Shown here: piece by piece, positions 50,111 to 62,660 of the stretch | Numbering within the stretch: position 1 is the first letter of the stretch | How the letters are laid out: the number at the start of each line of letters is the position of its first letter | Origin: Camelus ferus | Taxonomy: Eukaryota | Assembly (NCBI RefSeq): GCF_009834535.1 | Contig: NC_045697.1 | Location: forward strand, 14,634,001-14,698,000 | DNA: 64,000 nucleotides | Direction: 5' to 3' | Notes under the pieces: generated by a model | Told to the model about the DNA's origin: nothing | The model's input: only the letters and a program-made list of their open reading frames with translations | Databases searched by the model: none | Position numbers and translations under genes: made by a program

Positions 50111-53100
50111 ATTATTACATAGCGAATACACGTACAATTAATTGTTGAACGTAATGATGATAACAAGGCTTTCAAAGGCATCAACCCCTCCCACCACCCC
50201 TACTTCATAACTCCATCCATGTCTTTTTGAAATGTACATCCAGCTTCCCTGTCACTTTTAAACTTCAACAGAAAGCAGCTTACACCATCAAACAGAACGT
50301 CAGTGAAATAAGTGTTGTGTAAGATGCCACCCGTGTTATCAATTAATATTTTGAAGAACAAAATACATTGTTGCTAGAAGCAGTTCACGTCCATCAGTAA
50401 TATAAGAATGCTTTTCATAATACTGTATGAAAAACCTACTTATGTTTGAAAAGCGCAATGATAATTCACTGAAGGAAGCACTTTCTTCAACATGAGGTTG
50501 CCATCTGATAGGTATATAGGAAAGCAAAACACACAAATGCTTGCCATGCAAAGTGAAAATTCTCCTTCTGAAAGTCAGTTAATTCAACTCTTCTACTCTC
50601 TTTGGTTTATTTTTTAAACCACTTGAGAAAGATTATGTTCACAGAAGTTAATCTTTTTAGTAATTATTTAGGTTTATAAAAAGTTTATTCAAATGCCAGA
50701 GGTCTAGTAAAACACTAAATTTAGGAATTTCACTTTCCACTTCATGGTATTTGTAAAATTTGCATTTCTTTTCGCCTTTTTATGCCCTCAGCTACATCAA
50801 TGACAATTCAAATGTGCCTGAGTACCTACAACTTTGTAGTTCAAATCCATTCCTATTGTTAAATATTGAAGAAGAAGAAGAAAAAAATCTAATGTGATCT
50901 TTGTGAGGAAACACGATTCTTAAGAAATACGAGAAAAGCATGTCAAAGAAGCTTTCAAAATTTTGGTGCCAGTGTTAATGGCTTTGACCATTTCACACTT
51001 CTCAGTACTAATCTTGCTCATCCTAAAATTGCAATTCTCCCAGAAAGAAGACACAACAGGGAGGGCTTTTGGCTTTTTCTTAGTACTGTTAACTGGTTAT
51101 ATTGTTGCTTCTTTTACCTTGGGACCACCTGCTAAACAATCTTGGGGCCTGCAAACCACCGACCTCATGCCCTATCTAACTAACTGTGCCAGACATGGAG
51201 CTAATCTCTCTTTAGCCCCTGGCAGTACTGGATGACGTGATTTCAGGTCTACAGGAGGACACGGCCCACCCAGAGTAACCAGAGTGCAGCCTGTGTGGCG
51301 TTCATCTTACCATTTCAAACTGAGCACAATTTCTCCTTGCTTTTTGGGGGGTCTTGGGGGTGGGTAGGCAATTCTTATGTTCCTAAAACGGGAGCAGGTG
51401 CTGGAGATGTGATGATACACCAGGCAAGATGAACAGTAACCGAAAGATAAAGGTTAGCAAATAGTTACAACCAACATCCTAAACTCCACAGGCTTTAAAA
51501 GTAAACCTAGGGACATCTGTACCTTATTTGCTATCCTTAAAAAAAAAAAAAAAAAAAAGACTAGAAAAAAGAAATCCTAATGGCCAATGGAGATGAGAAT
51601 CTGTTTACATATTCTTCCACCTACCAAGCCCCATGCAAATTAAATGTGTAATTACATTTAGATGGCACAGCTGCTCTGGAACTCCTTCCTCACAGAGTTT
51701 ATTTGTGAGTTTCAAAGGTTTCATAAGGAAACCTTGAAAGAAAAATGTAAATATTTTGAAAAGGAGTTACAATTTGTCAGCAGTAATCCTTCCCTGGATA
51801 GGGAGAGAAAGGCAAATCCTAGTAAATTAGAGAATTGTGGCTTTCAAAAATAATAGCATTACCCTGAAATTCAATCTGCTAGTATCATTTTTCCAAGCAA
51901 CCACTCTATGCATTCAATTTCTTTATCATTTATTACAGTAAGAAGCAAAATGGTCCAAAAGAGATATTCTGAACAAAGACAGAATTTGATAGAGTGCACA
52001 TACATGGGGGAACAAACAACACATTGTTTATCTGGTAATCCAAGGCACGTCCTCATCTGAGAACTTTGTGTATCTGACAGCAGAGAGAGAAGAAATCATG
52101 TTTATTGAATGTTAAAATGTGTGATAAGGTGCACATGATATTTTAAAGGAATATGAGACCAGGAGCTTATGCTGCTACATAGGAAGCCTGGAAAGAATTC
52201 ACAAATGATCAAGGTGGACATAGGTCTTTTGAAGACTTTTAAGCTACAAGGAAACCAGGTAATGGGCGCTGCCATAGGCCAGTTTGTTTTACTGGTGCCA
52301 TGTAATCCCTTTCTGAGCACGTCAGGGATACTTCCTAGTGCTGAAAGATGGTGGTCACGTGTGCGACAACAGAATGCTAGTTAACTCGGAAATGAGGACC
52401 AGGGATCCACATTTACCACGGCCAGTGTACCCAATAATGAAACACAGCTGCATCACTCTTGGAAGATGAACAATCTCTCATGAGACAGATTTTTCCAGAG
52501 ATCAGTTTAAGCTTTTAAATGACGGATGAAACCAATTGAAGGGTGGCAGGGTTACTCTCAAATAATATGGCTTAAAATACTTAAAAGGAAGCAGTGTTTT
52601 TATTCCTGACTCGTCAGTTCCACCATACCCTCCTCCTCCATGACTATCTGGACATTTGTAAGGCAGAGCATCCACAGCCTGGCACATAGTAGGAAGAAAT
52701 GAATGGTAGAAATTCTTATTTGTGTTACTATTATGATTCTTTTTCTTACTAGAATAACATGACCTCGACACATGATTCATTTTTATGCTTCCAAATAGAG
52801 ATCTTAATTATAACTCTTCCCAATAGTCAACAATTTCACATTGTTTTGTATTACTCTTAAGGGCATGAATTGATTTTGAATCCTTTTCTCTAGACTTATA
52901 ACTTACAAGCAGCCATCCAATTAAACTCAGAAGGAAAATTTATTATAGTTTGGGAGAGAAATTTAACAGTAGGGTGTCCCACCAGTGGGTAATGTCAGTG
53001 TTTTCTTACAGGTAAATAGTTTCATCAAAATGCTATATTGCTTTAATTCTATGATGACATAAATTTTGGTCACATTATCAGTCTACTCTCAACTTTTTTC

Positions 53101-53256
53101 TCTCCTGAGAAAAACACTCCATTGAATGTACGGATTAATTATAAACCACATCACAATTTTAGAAACTTTCTAAGATAATAAACTACGGGTTTTTGTTGTT
53201 GTTGAGGAAACAGATAGTAACTTGTGAGCTCTCATCCTAATTTCCAGTTCACTCTT

Positions 53257-53580
53257 GTCTTAGTCTGTTCAGGCTTCTGTAACAGAATAACATACCCTGA
53301 GTGCCATAAACAACAAACATTTCTTTTCCATAGTTCTAGAGACTAGAAGTCCAAAATCAGGGTGCTGGTATTGTTGGGTTCTTGTTGGAGGCCCTCTTTC
53401 TGGTTTACAATGGTGGTCTTCTCATTTTCTCACATTGCAAAGAGAGAGAAAGGGGGCTAGCACTCTTATTTTTTTTAAAGGTCACTAATTCTACGATGGG
53501 GGCTCCACCCCCTTGACCTAATTACCTCTCCAAAGTTCCACCTCCGATTGCCATCATATTAGCACTTCAACATATGAACT
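53257..53580 (-). mobile_element. MLT1A-like LTR attached to internal sequence
   Basis: tgtcttagtctgttcaggct...aacaacaaacattt...gaagtccaaaatcaggg...cttgacctaattacctc...cttcaacatatgaa. Confidence 0.9.
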
Positions 53581-53599
53581 AATCTGGTGAAATGCTGTG

Positions 53600-54590
53600 G
53601 AGCCAATGTTTGTATCCCTCCCAGCACCCCAAAACCCATGTCTTTATCACATGCAAGATACATTCATTCTATCCTCATAGCCCCAAAATCTTAAGTTGCT
53701 CTAGCGTCAGCTCCAAGCGTAAAGTTCAAAGTCTTATCTAAATGTCATCTAAATCAAATATGGGTGAGATCCCAGGTACAATTTATCTCAAGCAAAATTC
53801 CTCTCCAGCTGTGAGCCTGTGAAACCAAAGAAGTTATGTGCTCCCAAAATGCAATGATGGGCTGGCGCAGGATAGAGATCCCATTCCAAAAGAGAGAAAC
53901 AGGAATTAGAAGAAAAGAGTGACAGGTTCCAAGAAAACTCTAAAACCTGGCAAGGCAAACTCCATGAGATCTTAATGTTGGAAAATAATCCTCTTGGGCT
54001 CAACGCTCTACCTTCCAGACTCACTGGGGTGGCAATGTCACCCCCACAACTTGGAAGGATGCTGCCCCTACTGCAGCTCTCTGCCCTGGTGGGGCTGGTG
54101 TCCTGACAGCTCTGACTGGCTCTACCCTCGTCACTTCTGTCAGAGCCTGTCTGACCGAGGCTATGACCCTGGTGATCTCTGGATTGCCTTCAGGGTCTCT
54201 CTGCCCTTCCATTCAGGGATAGCACACGTTCGCAGCTGTCCTTCATCAGGTCCAGTCTCCTTCCTCCTCAGTTCACACCGGCAGCTTCCTGCTGGGGTGG
54301 CTGATTAGTTCTGCGGTTCACACTCACGTTAATCTCCTCATCAAATGGTCAGCCTTCCACACTTCGGGTCTTGTCTTCTGAACAGGCCTTCTCAGTTTCT
54401 TATAATATGGACAGTTCTGGTTCCTTTTTTGCTTAACAATTTTGCCTTCAATTTGTTTCTCTCATCTTGGATTTTGCTATAAGCAGTTAGGAGGAACCAA
54501 GCCACTCCTTCAACACTTTCCTTAGAAATCTTCCCAGCTAAATATCTGATTCCATTGAATGTGACCTCTGCTTTTTCATAAGCCATTGTC
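53600..54590 (-). mobile_element. MaLR internal sequence (MLT1A-int-like) with ORF remnant
   Basis: acatgcaagatacattcatt...gccccaaaatcttaa...caaagtcttatct; ORF 54392-54601 YLAGKISKESVEGVAWFLLTAYSKIQDERNKLK resembles the MaLR internal ORF. Confidence 0.85.
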
Positions 54591-54689
54591 TCAGTCTCCA
54601 TACTTTTTTCTGGAATTGTCCATGGCTTTCATGACATAGAGCAGCCTGGAATCTCTTGCCAATCTCACTCTCTCTCCTCCTTCTTCTTT

Positions 54690-55135
54690 AAAAATATTTT
54701 ATTGTGGTAAAATATACATGACATAAAATTTATCATTTTAACCATTCTTATGTGTACAATTCAACGGCATTAAGTACATTCATAATGTTGTGTAACCATC
54801 ACTGCGATCTATTTCCAGAAATTTTTCATCCTCCCAAAATACAACTCAAGGTTTATCCATGTTGTAGCTTGTATCAGAATGTTATTCCTTTTTATGGCCG
54901 ATTGAGATTCCATTGTGTGTACATACTGTCACATTTTGTTTATCCGTTCATCTGTTGAATTACACTTGGATTTTCCCCCCTTTGGGCCTATTGTGAAGAA
55001 TGATGCCATGAACACTGGTGTACAAGCATCTGAGTCCTGCTTTCAATTCGTTAGGTATATACCTAGGAGTGGAATTACTGGATCATAAGGTAATTCTATG
55101 TTCAAGTTTTTGGGGAACCACCAAACTGTTTTCCT
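54690..55135 (-). mobile_element. L1MB-type 3' fragment
   Basis: tttattgtggtaaaatatacatgacataaaatttatcattttaaccatt...ggtatatacctaggagtggaattactggatcata...aaccaccaaactgtttt. Confidence 0.9.
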
Positions 55136-55501
55136 CTCTGCTCTTTTTTTAAAAGGTCCTTTCAGTCTCCATCTTTCTTGCTCTTTGCACAGCTTTATCT
55201 TTTTCTGTCTTGCCTTCTCTCTCTTTTTTTTTACTGTTTTCTTTCCCCTCTCCTGCCCTTTCCATTCTTAAACAATCATTAGTTACAGCATCCAGTGTGT
55301 TCATCATATTCATTGAACAGATTCACATGGTGTTTTTGCTCATTAAAAGGCAGATAAATATGAGAATTCCTTAAGAAGAAAACTAAACAGCTTTTTGCAG
55401 TTGGTTTACTTTTTGTTTGTTTTGTTAATGCAGATGACTCTGAACTGATTTTATTTGACAGGTGATTTGTTCTTACCTTCTCAAGTGCTATGTACTCTAA
55501 C

Positions 55502-55714
55502 CAGAGGCTGGCAAACTTTTCCCCTAAAAGCCATAGAGTAAATAAGCTTTGTAGGCCATACAGTCCCTGCTACATCTATTCATGTCTGCCAGTTTCACAA
55601 AAGCAGACACTAATATGACAGAAGTGGATGGCCATAGCTGTGTTGCAGTCAATTTTTATTTATCAAAACCAGGTGGGCTGGATTTGACCTTTGGGATGTA
55701 GTTGATGGACCTCT
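55502..55714. mobile_element. MER58A hAT-Charlie element
   Basis: cagaggctggcaaacttttc...gtaaataagctttgtaggccatacagtc...tttatttatcaaaaccaggtgggctggatttgacc. Confidence 0.85.
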
Positions 55715-55794
55715 TACATTTGGGGGTAGGAAATCAGTTTTTATGCATATTTTTTTTCCAAATAAAGAAGATTAGGAAAGAAGAAGTTTTGGAA

Positions 55795-56300
55795 ATGTTC
55801 ATTCATTTATCTGTTCATTTATTCAGCAAGTGCCTAGTAGGTATCTGGCATTATTTCATTTTCCTTCTGGGGAAACAGTGGAAATCAAGACAGACAAAGC
55901 CCTTGCCATACGGATCTTACCTTCTGAGATAGGAGACAGAAAATAGAAATCCAACATATATAAATTCAAACAATAGTCAGTGCTAGAATATAGACTATGG
56001 CAATGAAAGAGTGCCTGTTGGGGGCTACCTGAGCTAGCAGTAGCCAGAGAAGATCTCTCTAGGAGGAAACATCTGAGTAAAGACCTACAAGATCTGCAGA
56101 ACCCTATGGTTCTGATGGGAAAGACCAAAGCACATGCAAAGGCCCTGAGGCAGAGAAAAACAGTGAATATTCAGGAAGGCAGGTGTGGCTCCAGGACAGT
56201 GGGCTAGAGAGAGAGAGAGGTGGTGTAATCACAGAAGCCAAAGAATCCAGTTTGCATAATGTCTTGTAGATCCTGAAGTTGACGCTACCATGGCCAGACA
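55795..56300 (-). mobile_element. L2 3' region
   Basis: ttcattcattt...aagacagacaaagcccttgcc...gcacatgcaaaggccctgaggcag. Confidence 0.8.
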
Positions 56301-56408
56301 GCACTTGTGCTGGGGACAGTATGGAGAGGAAGTTACACGTGGTTCCTGATTTGTACAGCGGTAACTGTGTGGGGAAAGACCACAGCAATCACATGCCAGG
56401 GCTGTGAT

Positions 56409-56582
56409 CAGGGCTGGATTCACGGGCAGGCAATCTGTTCGCACACGATCCCATGTTCAGGAGGCCTCCAGGCTTAATTTAATGCTCCAGTGTTGCCATT
56501 TTTTGATTCTTAATAGTTTTCTTTAACATGGGTCCTATATTTTCATTTTTCAATGGGTGTGCAAGTTATTTAACTGATCCTA
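56409..56582. mobile_element. MER91A-like hAT-Tip100 element
   Basis: cagggctggattcacgggc...tttaatgctccagtgttgccatt...ttcttaatagtttt...ttttcattttt. Confidence 0.7.
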
Positions 56583-56835
56583 GCTTTGACAGGGGCAGAA
56601 TGGAAGGCTATGGAAGCCCCAAACAAGTGTCTAAATGAATTCTTTGAAAGGTAGAAGAGGTGGTAAGGAAAGATTTCTCACCATAAGTAATGGATAATCT
56701 GTTAACTGACATGGGAAGACTGCAGAGAGGAGCAGATCCGGCCAGATGGAACAAGGAAAAGGGACGCAGATTAAGAGATAACAATTGGCAGAAGGTCAAA
56801 ACCTGTTTGCAATACTGTTTTTCTTTTTTGCCTAG

Positions 56836-56911
56836 TTGTTTGTTACAAAAGAGTGACAATAAAGACCCATACATGATCATAGCCTAGGCTGCAATTATGT
56901 ACTGGTGTCAG
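56836..56911 (+). other. Candidate 76-nt exon (non-coding, or with a late ATG)
   Basis: Strong acceptor tttttcttttttgcctag and donor CAG/gtaagc; stops occur in all three frames before a late ATG (MYWCQ). Confidence 0.2.
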
Positions 56912-57684
56912 GTAAGCTGTTTTTTTTTTTTTTTTAGAACCCATTGGTTAATTGCTTGTTGCTTTAATTACTCACACTCTTTTAAAAGCTGTCTTTATGT
57001 GTCATAGTTGAGCCAAGAAGAAAGGAAAACTCACAGAGAAATTCTTCAAATGTGGCTGTAAACTAAGCTAATGGATTTATTTGATGATTGGCCTGGTGTT
57101 TAAATAGGGTCCTGCTCATGCTTAGAAAAATGTTTCATCAGCCAACTGACACCAAATACTCAAGGCTATGTAAAAAAAAAATCTCACATTTCCCTCTACT
57201 TGGGTAATTTCTGAATCTGCAAATCTCTCTAGTTGTCATTCAGTATTGATCACATATTGCAATTTAAACATTTATTTTAAAACCACAAGAGGGGAATAGC
57301 AAAGTCATTACATGTTTCTTAACATCTTCCTTGGCACTTAGTGAAGCAATTCAAACTCTTGAGATTCTCAGTGCAGAAAAGGGGTGGCTTTTGTGCAATA
57401 ATTTGAATGACTATGCCTGGGACATCTAGACGCACAGGCAATTTGACAGAATGGAACAATGGGACTGCACTAAAGATACTGTCTACAAATTTTAGTGTAT
57501 CAAGTGGTTTTCTTCAAGAAAAATAATGAATTCCCTACTTTAAAACTGTCTCCCTAATTCTACCTGTTATATATTAATAAGAATTTAAGCACCAATGAGC
57601 AATTACATTTTTCTCCTTAAATGATTACTGAAAATTTTAAATTAAAAAAAAATTGTTTTCCATGTCCTTTTGATACTTCTTTTT

Positions 57685-57775
57685 GATGCAAGTATGGGGG
57701 GATTGAACCCAGGACCTTGTGCATATCAAGCACATGCTCCACCACTGAGCTATAGCCATTCCACCCCCACCCCCT
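57685..57775 (-). mobile_element. tRNA-derived SINE, camelid Vic-1-like
   Basis: Reverse strand reads gggg...tatagctcagtggtggagcatgtgcttgatatgcacaaggtcctgggttcaatcccc (A and B boxes) plus A tail; TSD ata(c/t)ttcttttt. Confidence 0.85.
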
Positions 57776-58049
57776 GCAATATTTCTTTTTGTAACCTTGC
57801 TCACCCTATTGATCTCTGCATGAAAATATGGTTTATTGACTACTGACATGGCACAGTGTGGGTACCTGACAAATGTTCAAAGAATAAATAAGTGGAAGAG
57901 TGAATAAATAAGAAATGAGCATATATTTTAAGTCAGCCACAAGTGATAATCAATCTCAAATGCTAACGGTCTCAGTCATAACCTATAAAAAGTTTCTGGA
58001 GTTTGAATTATTTTCTTAAAATTACAATTCCTCCATAGGTTTGACTGTC

Positions 58050-58385
58050 TCTGTGGCCACATTGCTGAGACAGGATGATTAGAATATGAGTGGAAGGGTT
58101 ATATTCTGTTTCCAGAGTTGGCGCCCAAGAACTCCCCACACTAACCCCCATGCTCCCTCCCTTGCCTTCTGCACCTGGACTGTCAAAGCATGAATGGATG
58201 TTGACAGTCAAGCACTGAAGATGGTGGAACCTGTCAGCCAGGATTCCTGAATTTATGATGCAGTGCTCCCTGCTGCAATTTTGGACTATGAAAACGAAAA
58301 ATATACAGCTATTATGTTAAGACACAGATATTTCAGGAGCTTTTGTTTTGTTGTTGTCATAGCAGCCATTTTTCTTTAACACATT
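58050..58385 (+). mobile_element. Old MLT1 LTR fragment
   Basis: ctgaagatggtggaacc...ggattcctga...tggactatga...attatgttaagacacagatatttcagg...gtcatagcagcc. Confidence 0.55.
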
Positions 58386-59244
58386 CCGCCCTGTCCACAC
58401 CAAGCTCCCTCCCACCAAAGGGTTTTGTCCCTCCTGTAGTGATGGTGCCCTGAAATTCCCACATATCCCACCTATCAGTACAAGTGTCACGTCTTAAGGG
58501 GAAACTTTTCTTCCTTCCTGTCTAGGTCACGTCTCTTCTATATTCTCCTCAGTGTCATATGCCTCTTCCTTTGAGCACTCATCCAGGGACTCTTCAATGC
58601 CACAGTGTCTCCCTCCCCAAGGTCGTCAGTGAGGCAGACTTCAAAGTGGCTTCAGGAGCTGTGGGCATCCACCAGGAAGCCAGGGCAGAAGTGCAGGTGA
58701 GTGCATGTAAAATATGCCTTAGGACACCCAGAGATAACTGAGGGAGGTGACTGCCAGTGCAGTGTAGGTGGGGAGAAATTCAAATGTTAATACAAACAAA
58801 GCCTCATTCTGATGGTTTGGAAAGTTCATGCTACGAATGTTTGCTGAATGAAAGACTTAATGTCAGTAGAGCCATCCTCTAAGAAACGGTGAAAAGTTTT
58901 ACAAAAAGCCTTAAGGTCCACATTCACTTGTGAATCCAAGCAGCTCAGAGCCACCACACTTTAATTTTAATAGTGTTTTGCTTTATGCTACTGGATCTTC
59001 AAAAGGTTCTCACTGATCAGCAGTGCAGGAAACAGAGGCATTGATATAAATGGGGACATTAGCTGCCATTCAAGAATCCAAAGGAAGAAACTAACAAGAG
59101 TTATTTTAGTTTAGATTAGATTAGTTTAGTTTAGCTTTGTTTTGTTATGCTTTACTTCTCAAGATTAATAGTTATTCGTCATCTACAAGACAAATTTCTT
59201 CACCTGGATTTCAACTGAGAACAACCAGGTTGCAATGTCTCATT

Positions 59245-59500
59245 AAGGGAGGAAAGGGGGTGGGGAGGGATAAATTGGGAGCTTGAGATTCATAGATACT
59301 AACTACTATATACAAAATAGATAAACAGGGTCCTACTGTATAGCACAGGGAACTATATTCAATACCTTTTAATGGCCTATAATAAAAAAGAATATGAAAA
59401 GGAGTATTTATATATATGTATAAATGAACCACTATGCTGTATACCAGAAATTAACACAACATTGAAACTGATTATACTTCAAGTTATTAAAAAAAAAAAG
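59245..59500 (+). mobile_element. L1 3' tail (cetartiodactyl type)
   Basis: gggagggataaattgggag...gtcctactgtatagcacagggaactatattcaata...accagaaattaacacaacattg plus A tail. Confidence 0.92.
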
Positions 59501-60280
59501 AATGATATGATTTTTTTTCTGCTCAGGTAAATGCTCATTATCCAGTGTGCTCAACCTTTCATATTTCTGGGAACCCTGTCTCTAAAGGACAGGGAACTGC
59601 CTCATTACCCTCCATCCAACCCCAGCACTGCTGGTTGGCTCTCACTTAGTAAGGAGTAAGCATCACTTCTGTAAGGAAACAAAGTCAGCGACTGGCTATC
59701 TGGTCATCCCCAAGCCTCCCAGCTTCCATGTATATTACTTATATTTTGTTTTCATGACCTCTTAATCTGACTCTCTTATGTCAAATACTTTGACTTGGAG
59801 GCATGGCTTTCCCAAAGAATTTCAGTATATTTAATGACTGAAGTAATATAAATACAGTATTCAAAATTCTCAATCAAGGAAACAACAGTTATCACTAGCA
59901 CACATGCTATTCTAGCTTATTATCACTGTACCATGTCACTGTTTCTTCCTTGGCCTGGAGAGCACTGCATGTCTCATTTCAATAGAACAAATGTTTTCTA
60001 TTCAGAACCCTCATGTAAATTTTCCCCTCTTAATTAAGGCATTCTATGTAATCTCAGTTTTAGTGCATTTTCCTATAATAAGTATTTATCCTGTTGCCTT
60101 TTCAATAGAGTAGAACCATGCCTTTAGTCATCCAGCCCAATAGAACATAATGCTTTTAATTTAAAACTGTGCTTTCCTGGAGAAAAACAAGAATTTCCAA
60201 TATTCATTATACACCATGCAGATGCCCAATATTTGCAGGTCTTTCTCGCTTTTGAGGATATTTTTGGAGTTACTGCTGTG

Positions 60281-60420
60281 CAGGACTGGCCTCATGGGCA
60301 TGCATAAGGACTCGGGCTTAGAAGATTCCTACACTTGGTTTAATGTTCTGCTCTTGTCATCATGAAATTCTTAATACTATTTGAACAGGGGGATTGTATT
60401 TTCATTTTACACCGAGCCCT
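60281..60420. mobile_element. MER91A-like element
   Basis: caggactggcctcatgggc...cttggtttaatgttctgct...tgaaattcttaata...tttgaacagggg...ttttcatttt. Confidence 0.7.
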
Positions 60421-60484
60421 ATCTCTATGCAAATACTTCAAGCAAGCAAAGATACAGAAAATAGGTATAGTCTTGCCTCTATTC

Positions 60485-61060
60485 ATTTTAATACTGAGGT
60501 GGAAATTTTGTAAAGAACAGAAATCTTGAGTATATACCTTGATGAATTTTTATACGCACATAAACACACACACTTGTAACTACCACCCATTGAAAGATAG
60601 CAAACATTTTCAACGCATCATATGACTACTGTTCACTCCTTCCTAGTTAATATCTGCATATATCAAGGGTAACCAGTTTTGTGACATATCACCAAAGATC
60701 AGTTTTGCTTGTTTTTGAACTTCATGTTAATGGAATCATACACAATGTAGTTTATTGTGCTTGTTTTTTTGTTTGTTTTTGTTTGTCTTTTGTCATTATA
60801 TATATGCAATCTATTCATGGTCTAACAGTAGTGTGTTATTTTTTATTGCTGTAGAGTGTTCCATTTTCTGAATACCTCACAATTTATCCATTCTACTGCT
60901 GTATCTGGGTTATTTCTAATACTTCTTTATTATGAATAAAGCTGTTATGAACATCCTTTCGGATGTCTTTTAGTGGATATATGCACACTTTTCTTCTGGG
61001 TATATACTGAAGCAGAATTGCTGCTTCTTAGTGTTTACTTATGTTTCACATTAGTGAATA
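60485..61060 (-). mobile_element. Ancient L1MC/ME 3' fragment
   Basis: cttgatgaattttt...tgtaactaccaccc...gtttttgaacttcatgttaatggaatcatac...cacaatttatccattctactg. Confidence 0.85.
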
Positions 61061-61744
61061 TCAGTATTGGCTCTGAATGCCTATGGTGATAACTTTTTGT
61101 AGTGCTAGAGCCACACCTTCATCATTTAAAATTTATTTTGTTTCTAACACAACGTGTTGAATTCCTTCATATATTTTAGATCTTTTAAACCTCACAACCA
61201 TTTGAGATAGAAAAACCTCTCAATTTTTACAGATATTTTTCCATATTGCAATTTAGAGAATTTACAATGAGACCAAGATCTCAGAGTTAATACACGGCAT
61301 CGAATATAGTTCTGATACTAGTTTAGTTTCTATTGTTATGCAACTTATCTGAATTTATTGAATTTATGTATTAATGAGTAGTCATAGAATGGAATTCATA
61401 GGCAGGCACAGCAGAGCACCAATCCAAATGCCTGGTGCATATTAAATGCTTAATAAATATTCCATAAATACATATGGAACTGTGAGTATCCTACCAGTTA
61501 GAAACAAAAACCTATATAAGTAATCTGTAGTTTTCTGAACATTTTTCTTGAAGTTACTTATTATTTGTAGTTCTAAGAACAGTTTTGGATTCAATTAGAA
61601 CCATCATCCCAGGAGCACAAATATGCTTGAGTCTCACTCACAAGTAAAGAAAACCTAACTATTAACATATTGCTTCAAATCTTAAGAGCAAGGAATTGCA
61701 ACTGTAGTAACTTCATTTAGAGTCAAGATATTCTTTCAAGACAT

Positions 61745-61982
61745 TTTTTAAAATTGAAGTACAATCAGTTACAATGTGTCAGTTTCTGGTGTACAGTATA
61801 ATGTCCCAGTCATGCATATACATACATACATTCATTTTCATATTCTGTTTTATTAAAGGTTATTACAAGATATTAAATATGTTCTCTGTGCTATACAGAA
61901 GAAATTTGTTTTTATCTATTTTTATATATAGTGGCTAACATTTGCAAATCTCAAACTCCCAAATTTATCCATCCCCACCCCC
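61745..61982 (-). mobile_element. Lineage-specific L1 3' tail (antisense)
   Basis: attgaagtacaatcagttacaatgtgtcagtttctggtgtacag...tgtgctatacagaag...ctcccaaatttatcc. Confidence 0.9.
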
Positions 61983-62464
61983 TTTTTTAAAAGAAGTATT
62001 AAGAGAAGTATTAAAAATGTTATGTGAAATTCTATGGAGACCTCTATATCCTACATGTATACTATCATAAATATATATATAATATTTCAAATATATATAT
62101 ATCTATACATTTCAGAAAATCCAGGTAAGGATATTAAGCCCAAATTACTGCATAAAGCAGACATTTGGCATTCCAAGAATAAAATTTTCCAATCAGATAA
62201 TTCTTACTTCTCAAAATAACTCCAGGTTGGTATGTTTCTTTAACTACCCCCGGAGTCCTCCTGCAAGTGGTCAACACTGTCAGAAGGAATTCACTCCTGA
62301 GGGTTTTAATCTGAAGAGCCACTGCTATCAACACTCCCTTCTGTCCACAACTGATGATGAAAACACAGAAACACAGCTTAGTCAGAAGGATACAGGCAAG
62401 CGGAAGTGAAGAGTAATATTCAGGGACATATGAAGGTTTGTTTATTTAGGGTGACCATACTGAG

Positions 62465-62660
62465 GACTTTTTCACAGTGCCAGGCACAATGTTTAGTACT
62501 TGACCAACATTTAAAAAATTAATCTTCACATCTATGAGATAGGTGGTATAACGTGTCCACTTCACAAGAGAGGAAGTGGAGTCAAAGAATGGTTAAGTAA
62601 CTTGCCCAAGGTCGCCCAGAGAGAGAGGGACTGAAATGCAATGGGTCAGATCATTCTCAT
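62465..62660 (-). mobile_element. MIR
   Basis: gtgccaggcacaatg...aatcttcaca...atgagataggt...ggttaagtaacttgcccaaggtc. Confidence 0.8.

Noticed and set aside
51523..51535. 13-nt minus-strand microexon after a poly-T tract
   Set aside because: Acceptor comes from a mononucleotide run, and inclusion would shift the candidate chain into an early stop
57700..57760. tRNA-like sequence
   Set aside because: No intact acceptor stem; A tail and TSD identify it as a SINE rather than a tRNA gene
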